DNA of 64,000 nucleotides. It comes from an uncultured Alphaproteobacteria bacterium (GTDB taxonomy: Bacteria; Pseudomonadota; Alphaproteobacteria; Rhizobiales; Rhizobiaceae). A model generated the notes under the pieces. That model was not told the DNA's origin. It saw nothing but the letters and a program-made list of their open reading frames with translations, and did not search any database. The position numbers were made by a program, and so were the translations under genes. Of this stretch, positions 57,401-64,000 are shown one piece after another (the first letter of the stretch is position 1; the number at the start of each line of letters is the position of its first letter). The stretch lies in NCBI GenBank assembly GCA_963758355.1, contig CAVWVG010000004.1, forward strand, positions 574,013 through 638,012, in the 5' to 3' direction.

Positions 57401-59036
57401 CTGCGCCCTGATCCATTTGCCCGGTACCAAGCAAGCTCGCATCAAATGGCTTGAAAAACTCGAATATGGCAGCGCGTCGCGGCATGGTAGCATCCAACTG
57501 CGGGAACGGGACAAATCCTGCGAAATCACATTTGGTGACCATCCCTCTAACGGCGAGCGCGAGCGGAACCATGCCACGTTCGTCGCCTTTAGCGCGGCCG
57601 GACTGCACAAGCTCGGCCTCGCCGATCCGACCAAGCAGGACGGACTGGGTACGTTTCCCAACACGTTCAATCTCGGGATGGCCAACCGCGGCCGCAGCCT
57701 TGGCGATTTCGGAGAGACCGCGTCGGCTGAGTGGCGCTGGACAGACGCGGCCATTAAAATAGGTGGCCCCGCGGCCGTCGATGCCGTGCTGCTGATATGC
57801 GCCGGTAGTTCCGAAGCGTGCAGGGAGGCTCTCGGCAAGCATCTCGAATTGCTCGGGCCTGGCGCCTTGGCTCATGAGATCCCGACCCAGCCCCCGACCC
57901 AGATCCTAGGCTACGATGACGAAGGGCGCGCCGTCATCAAGACGCTACCCGACGAGACCAGCAAAACCGGTCGCCGTCCGGTCGCTGGCTATGCCAAGGC
58001 AAGCACAACGGCTAAGATCGATCCCGTCGAATACGAGCATTTCGGGTTTCGCGACGGCATTTCCCAGCCGGTGATCCGGGGAACCCAGCGGTTCTCGAAA
58101 GGTGCCCGCAAGCGCGACATTGTTGAGCCCGGCGAATTCATTCTCGGATACCGCAACAATCAGGGATACTATCCGCCGACCGCGACCGTACGTGCTGAAT
58201 CGGATTCGAAGCTGCATCTTCCGATCGTGCTTGCCGATGTTCCAAGCCGATTCCCCTCGTATGGAGGGGGCAATGCCGCCGCGCGCGATTTCGGCCGAAA
58301 TGGAAGCTTCCTCGTCATCCGGCAACTTGAGCAGAATGTCGAAGGATTCAAGGATTTCGTCGAGGCAAAGGCCTCGGAGCTGCGGCGCGAGTATGAAGGC
58401 CTTACCGAAGCTGCGGGCGCGCCCATCACCGCGCAATGGGTCGCCGCTAAGATGTTGGGTCGGTGGCCTGACGGCGCGCCGCTGGTCGACCGTCCCAGCG
58501 CGAACAGTGGTGGCTATCTACAAAAGCACGAACAAAGCGATAACAACTTTACCTTTGGTGCAGACGATCCACAGGGCCTGCTTTGTCCATTTGGCGCCCA
58601 CATTCGCCGTGCCAACCCGCGCGACAGCATGCAGCCGGACGATCCCTCACAGCAGCCGATCACCAATCGCCATCGGCTCCTGCGGCGTGGCAGAACTTAC
58701 GAATACGAGCCCAAGAAAGACGGCAGGATCGAAAAGGGCCTGTTGTTCATCTGCCTCTGCGCCGATCTGGATCGGCAGTACGAATTCGTCCAACAAACCT
58801 GGATTCAATCGCCTTCATTTCACGGCCTGAAAGACGAGCCCGACCCGATGGTGGCTTGCCCGGACCCCGGCAAATCCCGCGTCTTTACAATTCCAACACC
58901 GGCGGGACCGGTCAGGATACGCAACATGAAGACCTTTGTGACCGTCCGCGCAGGCGGCTACTTCTTCCTGCCGAGCCGTTCGGCCATCCGGTATCTGGTG
59001 GACATCAACCAGGCTGAGCACACGCTACGAACATGA
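54447..59036 (+). CDS. 1529-aa fusion: N-terminal cytochrome P450, two middle regions of unknown function on either side of a 3-TM cluster, and a C-terminal DyP-type peroxidase
   Basis: P450: ExxR (LEAARVNP) and heme-thiolate loop FGDGIHACLGKYIA (about 55593-55634). TM cluster FWCFALPVIMVAFLFGLAIFFATATSAIILLGLAGRITLAVIGGPAMVLILLALVVTVFVALL (about 56535-56720). DyP: EHFGFRDGISQPVIRG (GxxDG, about 58035) and PFGAHIRRANPRD (proximal His, about 58590). One uninterrupted ORF; GAGG SD. Confidence 0.85.
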   Translation: MLTLKYYAAIKGAQHKTEADPPDAILPFDFDKLGADSWRRRAFIWLTGWLFPVVLALFRAIWPNPKFWRLIIVTRATDVRDVLMRTADFEVPYRLEMTELAGGEKFVLGMEGSGHDQQNQHIRTVMPASDAQVVIDLSHRFANALIRTSGGRIDVMKDFITRIATETCAAYFGLQLEDPDAFAEWTMSISALLFADPFGDAATRELALNGAARVRAVIDHSIANAASLPPNTVLGRLIGLKATDQTLTDKKIGAILVGLATGFIPTNTLAAGKILQELLRRPKLLRDAIGKARNASRIDGENRMTGRNENPDKQALQAILLEAARVNPALAPGQWRYARQDAVIAPDTWRQRKVPKGSVLMVATMSALREKSNGAKPDTDLMFGDGIHACLGKYIAMAQITEVFTILLSQINLRFSEDTWGSRIRWVGPFPRRLDMTFDPAVSPSTQAMITICAPLVVGEGEDPAKKAQDIQRKIAELKNPANAQMRETFDKTGIVHFASLSLVEAGDAKSPAPHLLFELNVDGSGETAFQLIANADIEVADGKLHSIFRNTLKSNAGLADILSSYVLELKTRPWGPIGLNFNGTPEFSVPDIAMQELLSKFAKQTLNFYMSFHSGFGNRAMEALKFIRIFLRNPSAYQAVLKDPRYDSAELREMIDVAPKLVDYLIVPSRRQLKISAWKDCSRKEAIFKFVQTWNFWCFALPVIMVAFLFGLAIFFATATSAIILLGLAGRITLAVIGGPAMVLILLALVVTVFVALLRHHEIRDIPDDQNPNLEHVREISGIENAPGFAQNHFMAVTELKGGWFRKVTLALSLWGIKQMVLFLFRPGFVLNMGTIHYAKWFRIPGRDKLIFQANYDGSWESYLEDFIMKAHQGQTAAWGNGVGFPRTSYLINNGAQDGDRFKRWVRRQQVIAHFWYSRFPHLTADQIRNNALIHDGLARAATGSAARAWLDCFSSIPRPDYAIESDEVQSLVFRGQRSLPCSICALIHLPGTKQARIKWLEKLEYGSASRHGSIQLRERDKSCEITFGDHPSNGERERNHATFVAFSAAGLHKLGLADPTKQDGLGTFPNTFNLGMANRGRSLGDFGETASAEWRWTDAAIKIGGPAAVDAVLLICAGSSEACREALGKHLELLGPGALAHEIPTQPPTQILGYDDEGRAVIKTLPDETSKTGRRPVAGYAKASTTAKIDPVEYEHFGFRDGISQPVIRGTQRFSKGARKRDIVEPGEFILGYRNNQGYYPPTATVRAESDSKLHLPIVLADVPSRFPSYGGGNAAARDFGRNGSFLVIRQLEQNVEGFKDFVEAKASELRREYEGLTEAAGAPITAQWVAAKMLGRWPDGAPLVDRPSANSGGYLQKHEQSDNNFTFGADDPQGLLCPFGAHIRRANPRDSMQPDDPSQQPITNRHRLLRRGRTYEYEPKKDGRIEKGLLFICLCADLDRQYEFVQQTWIQSPSFHGLKDEPDPMVACPDPGKSRVFTIPTPAGPVRIRNMKTFVTVRAGGYFFLPSRSAIRYLVDINQAEHTLRT

Positions 59037-59362
59037 TCGATTTAATAAATTCCTCAAATCGGGCTTGCCTCGCCTCGACTGTTACAGCGTCAGATCATCC
59101 CAATTCCGGTTCTGGGCATGACCCAAGGCAAGGTTGGATTCGGTCCCGCGCCATCAGTCTTGCTCGGGTTCCCTTCCGACTCCATACACGGGGCGGGAAC
59201 CGCTTTTTGGCGAACCGGCGCCAGCTTCGCATGTGCGCAAAACGACAACGTGCTACAGCGAAACGACAATTGCCAATCGTTTAACGCAGATGCCATCCCG
59301 CATAGGCACAATTACCAACCATTCTGCGCCAATCCGATCCCGCGTTTCGACAATTCGGTCGC

Positions 59363-59410
59363 ATAATGATAGCCCGATCCCGGATAATGGCACTTCCATC
59401 CCAGATAATG
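59363..59410. repeat. Three ATAATG motifs phased exactly 21 bp apart in the right arm of island 2
   Basis: ATAATG at 59363, 59384 and 59405. The last two sit in a longer repeat, ATCCC(G/A)GATAATG. Confidence 0.5.
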
Positions 59411-59581
59411 AAAATGCCAATTCCTTGATCGCGAGGGCATATGCCTGAAATTGCGGGATGATTCCCTGTTCGACGGCGCAGGGAATTGAGAGCCAACCGA
59501 TTGATATTACATAGTTATTGTCGATGAGGTCGGATTGAAAACGCCGAAATCGCCAGTTTTCGCTGTTTTTTCACTGTTTAT

Positions 59582-59630
59582 CAGGGAACGGTACCGGAGA
59601 CTTGTTCGCTAAGGACTGCCAGCACCGCCA
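59582..59630. repeat. Island right-end repeat, copy 2
   Basis: See 45692-45742. Followed by the unrelated sequence CCACGCAGATTGTCC (presumed original tRNA-Ser flank). Confidence 0.8.
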
Positions 59631-59911
59631 CCACGCAGATTGTCCGGCCCGGAGACATGGGTAACAGTTTGTACCTAGGACATGGATGACAATCTCGTGC
59701 CGAAACGCTGGCGCGGTCGCCACGCGTCCTGGACCAGGGCCGGGTTCATCGCTAGCAGCGAAATTATTTGCCTAGTGGGCTTCCGCTGGCACCGCGGCAG
59801 CCGAGCCCGCCCAAAACTGGTTTCGTATATCAGAATTTTCTAATATAACTGGTGGAACGCTGCGACGACACTGGGCGGGAGGGCAGCGGTTCATTTTGTC
59901 AGGAGGATGCC

Positions 59912-60988
59912 TTGCGATTGCGCGTGCTGGATTTCGGCTTCGTTTCCGCGTTGCGCAGCCAGGCGGTATATCATGGCGTCGCGCACACGATCACGCCGGA
60001 TTCCGATCCGGTGCTGACGCTGGTCAACCCCGATACGCCCTATGTCTGCGTCGGCGTGCACCAGGAGGTCGCCGCCGAAGTCGACGAAGCTTTTTGCAAC
60101 GCCAACGGCTTGCCCATCATCCGCCGGCATGTCGGCGGTGGTGCGGTCTATCTCGACCGCAACCAGATGTTTTTCCACTTCATGTATCCGCGGCAAAAGG
60201 CCCCTGAATTTGCCGTCAACCTCTATCCGCGGTTCATCGAGCCGGCCGTACGCACTTACCGCGAACTGGGCGTCGCCGCCGAATACCGGCCGGTGAACGA
60301 TATCCAGGTCGCCGGCCGCAAGATCGGCGGCACCGGGGCAGCCTCGATCGACGAGGCGACTGTCATGGTCGGCAGCTTCATGTTCGACTTCGATACCGCC
60401 ACGATGGCGAAATGCCTGAAGGTTCCTTCGGAAAAATTCCGCGACAAGCTGAAGACGACGCTCGACGACTACATGACGACGATGACGCGCGAATTGTCGA
60501 AACTGCCATCCCGCGAGGCGGTGAAGGACATGTTTCTGCGCCATTGCGCCGACGTCCTTGGCGTCGAGCCGGTGGCAAGCGAACCGACGCAGGCCGAACT
60601 GGCGGCGATCGCGGCCGAGGAGAGGGCGCTGAGCGATCCGGCATGGACCTACCGGAAGGGCAAGGTCCGCGACAAACTCGGCGTCAAGATTTCGGAAGCC
60701 GTGCATCTGAGCGAGGCGATGCACAAGGCACGCGGCGGTCTGATCCGCACCAGCCTGCTGGCGCGCGACGGAAGGATCGAAAACTTGATGCTTTCCGGAG
60801 ATTTTACCTGTCTGCCGGAGGAGGGGGTCGATCGTCTGGCAACTGCCTTGTCCGGCGCCGAACTGCAGCACGACGCATTGACCGGGAAGGTCGCCGGCGA
60901 AATGAAGCGGCTGAAGCTCGACATGCCGGCGGTCGAGCCCGCCGATATCGCCACCGCGATCATGGCCGCGACGGCAGCGAGGAATTGA
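59912..60988 (+). CDS. Lipoate-protein ligase family protein (biotin/lipoate A/B ligase domain), sHdr-associated type
   Basis: LRVLDFGFVSALRSQAVYHGVA...RRHVGGGAVYLD...VAGRKIGGTGAASI. Start placed at TTG 59912 after AGGAGG (uncertain). Confidence 0.75.
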   Translation: MRLRVLDFGFVSALRSQAVYHGVAHTITPDSDPVLTLVNPDTPYVCVGVHQEVAAEVDEAFCNANGLPIIRRHVGGGAVYLDRNQMFFHFMYPRQKAPEFAVNLYPRFIEPAVRTYRELGVAAEYRPVNDIQVAGRKIGGTGAASIDEATVMVGSFMFDFDTATMAKCLKVPSEKFRDKLKTTLDDYMTTMTRELSKLPSREAVKDMFLRHCADVLGVEPVASEPTQAELAAIAAEERALSDPAWTYRKGKVRDKLGVKISEAVHLSEAMHKARGGLIRTSLLARDGRIENLMLSGDFTCLPEEGVDRLATALSGAELQHDALTGKVAGEMKRLKLDMPAVEPADIATAIMAATAARN

Positions 60989-61028
60989 GCCCGGCAGGTC
61001 AGAGACGGCGTTCGGGGCGGGTGCCGCG

Positions 61029-61730
61029 ATGAAGACGCTTTGCGTCGTGCAGCACATCGAGGCGGAATATCTCGGCTACCTCGAGGATCATCTGGAAAGC
61101 CGCTCGATCCGCTTCCGCTATGTGCGGCCTTTCACCCCCAGCGGAAAACTGCCGCAGAAAATCGAAGAATTCGACGGATTGGTTCTGCTCGGCGCCGGAC
61201 CTTTCGGCATCGTCAGTGGCTCGCTGTTGCCGAGCCTCGGTCCGGAACTGAGGCTGGCGAAGAGTTTTCTCGATGGCGGCAAATCCGTTGTCGGCATCGG
61301 TCTCGGCGCGGTTCTTCTGGCGGTTGCTGCCGGAGGAGGGGCGGCCGAAATGCCGCTTCGCTTCGAGGTCGGAACGGCGCGGCGAGAACAGGCCGATGCG
61401 CTGGGCGGCACATTGCCCGAAACCTTCCCGTATGCCGCCTATCTGCGCGACGCCGCGGTATTGCCGGCCAGCGCGCGGGTGCTGGCGAGCTCGCAAGGCA
61501 GTGACCCGCTGATTTTTTCGCTGGGCGAAAACGCGCTGGGGTTTATCGGCCATCCCGGCTTCAAGGCCGCGATGGCCGAAGACATCATCATGGAATCCGC
61601 GGAAACACCGGCGGAAACAGCCGAATCCCTCGCGAAACTGCGCGAAAGCCAACCGGGCATCACGGAAGCGCTCAGCAGCATGATGGTCGGCATCGTGCGC
61701 CAATGCGGCTGGATGTCTGCAGATAGCTGA
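61029..61730 (+). CDS. Class I glutamine amidotransferase-like protein
   Basis: MKTLCVVQHIEAEYLGYLEDHLESRSIRFRYVRPF...FDGLVLLGAGPFG...VVGIGLGAVLLA, a GATase1-like fold pattern. Confidence 0.6.
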   Translation: MKTLCVVQHIEAEYLGYLEDHLESRSIRFRYVRPFTPSGKLPQKIEEFDGLVLLGAGPFGIVSGSLLPSLGPELRLAKSFLDGGKSVVGIGLGAVLLAVAAGGGAAEMPLRFEVGTARREQADALGGTLPETFPYAAYLRDAAVLPASARVLASSQGSDPLIFSLGENALGFIGHPGFKAAMAEDIIMESAETPAETAESLAKLRESQPGITEALSSMMVGIVRQCGWMSADS

Positions 61731-61871
61731 TGCGCCACCGGCATGGCCGGAAACAAAGATTCAGAATTTTCTGGATTCCCGGAAAAAGTTATTATATTAG
61801 CACTTGCGCAAGTATGCATGAGCGCCGTTCGCGCGGTCATGCGACGGCGTTCGACGGAGGAGGAGTGCGGC

Positions 61872-62252
61872 ATGGCGAGCAAGCTCGTCATCATCATGGT
61901 CAACACCGATCCCCGCAACGGCGAGGAGTTGGGCGCGCCCTTCTTCCAGGCGACGGTTGCCGCGGCGATGGACTACGAGGTCGAGGTGATCTGCACTGCG
62001 ACTTCCGGCCAGCTCATGAAAAAGGGCGTCGCCGAGAAATTGGTGGTCAAGCCCGGCTCGCCGAAAACCGTCTACGATTTCATCAAGGATGCGCATGAGG
62101 CCGGCGTCAAATTCTATTGCTGCTCGCCCAATCTCGATCTGTTCGACATGACCGCCGAAGATCTGATTCCGGAATGCGAAGGCATTGTCGGCGGCGCCAA
62201 GGTGATCGAATCCGTGATGGAGGACGATAACGCGAAGGTGTTGACCTACTGA
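61872..62252 (+). CDS. DsrE/DsrF-like sulfur-relay family protein
   Basis: MASKLVIIMVNTDPRNGEELGAPFFQATVAAAMDYEVEVICTATSGQLM...FYCCSPNL. GGAGGAG SD before ATG 61872. Confidence 0.7.
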   Translation: MASKLVIIMVNTDPRNGEELGAPFFQATVAAAMDYEVEVICTATSGQLMKKGVAEKLVVKPGSPKTVYDFIKDAHEAGVKFYCCSPNLDLFDMTAEDLIPECEGIVGGAKVIESVMEDDNAKVLTY

Positions 62253-62270
62253 GGAGAGGCCAGGACGAAG

Positions 62271-63014
62271 ATGGCGCAAGCGGCTGTAGCGGCCAGCGAC
62301 CCGATCTCGGCGGAACCGCCGGTCCCGCGCGAAAAACTCGAGGAGATTTTCTCCGACATCAAGTCGCACATGCTGTTCGATCACGAACTGCATGGCTGCC
62401 TGAACTGCGGCATCTGCACCGCCACCTGCCCATCGGCGCATTACTACGATTATTCGCCGCGCGAGATCGTCCAGTTGCTGTGGACGGAAAATCTCGAGGG
62501 CATCTACGACACCATGCAGGAGAAAATCTGGGCTTGCGCCCAGTGCTACACCTGCGCGGCTCGCTGCCCGTTCGAGAATTCGCCGGGTGGTCTTGTGATG
62601 ATCATGCGCGAGGTCGCCATCAAGCACGGCATGCAGTCGGCCAAGGACGTGCTGCGGCCGTTCTCGCGCGTGCTGCTCAAGGTGATTTCGACCGGCAACC
62701 AGCTGGCGCCGAACATGATCACCAAGGAAGCGTTCCCCGACTGGGGGCCGAATGTCAGCAAGGTCGACGCGCCTCTGAACATCCTGCGCAAGGCGATCCC
62801 GGTCCCGACCATGCACACGATGGACACCGCCTGGGTCGTCAACCTCAAGACCTCGGTCGAACTTTACACGATCTGGGAAGCAACCGGCGTGCTCGATCAG
62901 CTCGAGACCGTCGACGAGAACCTGTTCGACGTCGTCACCGACGTGATGGACGAAAAGCGCGAGGAATACCAGGAATGGCTCGAAGCGCAGGAAGAAGCCG
63001 AGAAGGCGGACTAG
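62271..63014 (+). CDS. hdrC: Heterodisulfide reductase subunit C-like 4Fe-4S protein
   Basis: CLNCGICTATCPS and CAQCYTCAARCPF ferredoxin-type cluster motifs. Followed by the hdrB-like gene. Confidence 0.8.
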   Translation: MAQAAVAASDPISAEPPVPREKLEEIFSDIKSHMLFDHELHGCLNCGICTATCPSAHYYDYSPREIVQLLWTENLEGIYDTMQEKIWACAQCYTCAARCPFENSPGGLVMIMREVAIKHGMQSAKDVLRPFSRVLLKVISTGNQLAPNMITKEAFPDWGPNVSKVDAPLNILRKAIPVPTMHTMDTAWVVNLKTSVELYTIWEATGVLDQLETVDENLFDVVTDVMDEKREEYQEWLEAQEEAEKAD

Positions 63015-63049
63015 CCGGGAGCGGCAAGCCCGAACCGAGGGAGGCCGAT

Positions 63050-64000
63050 GTGGAAAGCAGCAAGGGCGACAAGCCGATATATTCCGGCTTTGGCGATGAG
63101 TGGAAGCCGTCGAACCTATCTCCGGCGCAGGCGCGGCGCGCCACCGACTGGGTCGAGGCGAGGATCGACCGCCGTTCGATGCTGACCGGCAAAAAGCGCG
63201 TCGAGGATATCCGCGATGCGATGTGGCAATTGGAAAAGGACGGCGAAATCGTCGTCCACCGCATCGACGAGCGTCATAAGCCGGTGATCGCCCGCACGCT
63301 CTACGGCTGGGAAAAGAAGATCCCAACCAACAATCTCTGGCACCACAAATCCTGCGGTCAGTGCGGCAACATCCCCGGATATCCGTCCTCGGTGATGTGG
63401 CTGATGAACCAGCTCGCCACGAGCTATCTCGACGAGACCGACCAGACCTCCTGCACCGCCTGGAACTATCACGGCTCCGGCATCGGCAACGTCGTCAGCC
63501 TCGCCGCCGTGTTCCTGCGCAATTTCCACCAGGCCTATGTTTCGGCCAAGTCGCAGGGCCTCGATATTGGCACCTATTTCCCGCTCGTCCACTGCGGCAC
63601 GTCGTTCGGCAACTACAAGGAAATGCGCATCTTCCTGATGCACTCGGCCGAACTGCGCGCCGAGGTCAAGAAGATCCTCGGCAAGCTCGGCCGCCTGGTC
63701 GACGGCAAGCTGCTGATCCCGGAGGAGATCGTCCACTATTCCGAGTGGCTGCATGTCATGCGCGACAAGATCCGCGAGCGCCAGGTCATCGACGTCAGCA
63801 GCGTGCGCGCCACAATCCATCCGGCCTGCCACGTCTACAAGATGGTGCCCGAGGACGTGATCTATGACGAAACGGTCCTGAACGGCGATCGTGTTGCCGT
63901 TTCCACCGGCCTGATGCAGACGCTCGGCGCCCAGGTCATCGACTATTCGACCTGGTACGATTGCTGCGGTTTCGGCTTCCGCCACATCATCGGCGAGCGC
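63050..64000 (+). CDS. hdrB: Heterodisulfide reductase subunit B-like (CCG-domain) protein, 5' part; continues past the right edge
   Basis: Not in the ORF track (no stop in the window). My translation from GTG 63050 (GGGAGG SD) runs 317 codons with no stop: VESSKGDKPIYSG...HHKSCGQCGNIPGYP...TSCTAWNYHGSG...HPACHVYKMVP...WYDCCGFGFRHIIGER (CCG motif). Confidence 0.75.
   Translation, partial: MESSKGDKPIYSGFGDEWKPSNLSPAQARRATDWVEARIDRRSMLTGKKRVEDIRDAMWQLEKDGEIVVHRIDERHKPVIARTLYGWEKKIPTNNLWHHKSCGQCGNIPGYPSSVMWLMNQLATSYLDETDQTSCTAWNYHGSGIGNVVSLAAVFLRNFHQAYVSAKSQGLDIGTYFPLVHCGTSFGNYKEMRIFLMHSAELRAEVKKILGKLGRLVDGKLLIPEEIVHYSEWLHVMRDKIRERQVIDVSSVRATIHPACHVYKMVPEDVIYDETVLNGDRVAVSTGLMQTLGAQVIDYSTWYDCCGFGFRHIIGER

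Larger units (their letters stand above)
45743..59630. mobile_element. Genomic island 2 (about 13.9 kb), tandem to island 1, recombinase inactivated
   Basis: Begins with the same arm as island 1 and ends with the same GACTGCCAGCACCGCCA. Visibly AT-richer cargo. IS3 scar next to the truncated recombinase. Confidence 0.75.

Noticed and set aside
59891-63985. Long minus-strand ORFs (59891-61057, 60999-61703, 61797-63326, 63116-63985)
   Set aside because: All are antisense to the ligase, GATase, DsrE, HdrC and HdrB genes, which carry Fe-S, CCG or ligase motifs. The minus-strand products are R/A/G-rich with no identifiable domains.

Overview
High-GC chromosome segment that looks alphaproteobacterial (Bradyrhizobiaceae-like by feel only; no search was run). 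Annotation is by eye from the ORF track and my own translations.

Layout:
- (1) Left core, 1-5.4 kb: the 5' end of a PLP decarboxylase, an M48 peptidase, mepA, msrA, an ISNCY/IS1202-like IS flanked by an 18-bp direct repeat, and tRNA-Ser(GGA).
- (2) Two related genomic islands in tandem, starting exactly at the tRNA 3' end. Each begins with the same ~370-400 bp non-coding arm (GCGACCCCCACGACTTG...) and ends with ...GACTGCCAGCACCGCCA.
- Island 1, 5422-45742. It has an intact large serine recombinase plus DUF2924 and DUF3489 genes.
- Island 1 cargo reads as starvation or anaerobic energy metabolism: zwf-tal-pgi-pgm-tkt, gnd, phosphoketolase, HPF, CbpA/CbpM, a CDF transporter, a complete-order N-type ATPase operon atpDCQRBEFAG, a DUF389 gene and arcDABC behind an FNR/FixK-type box.
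- Many island 1 genes are broken by frameshifts: pgi, pgm, tkt, xfp, atpA, atpG and arcA.
- Island 2, 45743-59630. Its recombinase lacks the catalytic domain and abuts an IS3 scar.
- (3) Right core, 59.6-64 kb: lipoate-protein ligase-like, GATase1-like, DsrE-like, HdrC-like and HdrB-like genes (sHdr-type sulfur oxidation neighbourhood).

The most interesting part is the island 2 cargo, which matches no characterised system I know of:
- a PatA/PatG-type cyanobactin-family subtilase with its C-terminal DUF;
- two paralogous Cys-rich precursor-like peptides directly downstream, whose leaders end in IEPS/VTPS (PatA-site-like);
- a small secreted Cys-rich protein and a Cys-rich lipoprotein;
- a SARP/TPR regulator;
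- a 1529-aa cytochrome P450 / transmembrane / DyP-peroxidase fusion.

No rRNA genes or CRISPR arrays were seen.
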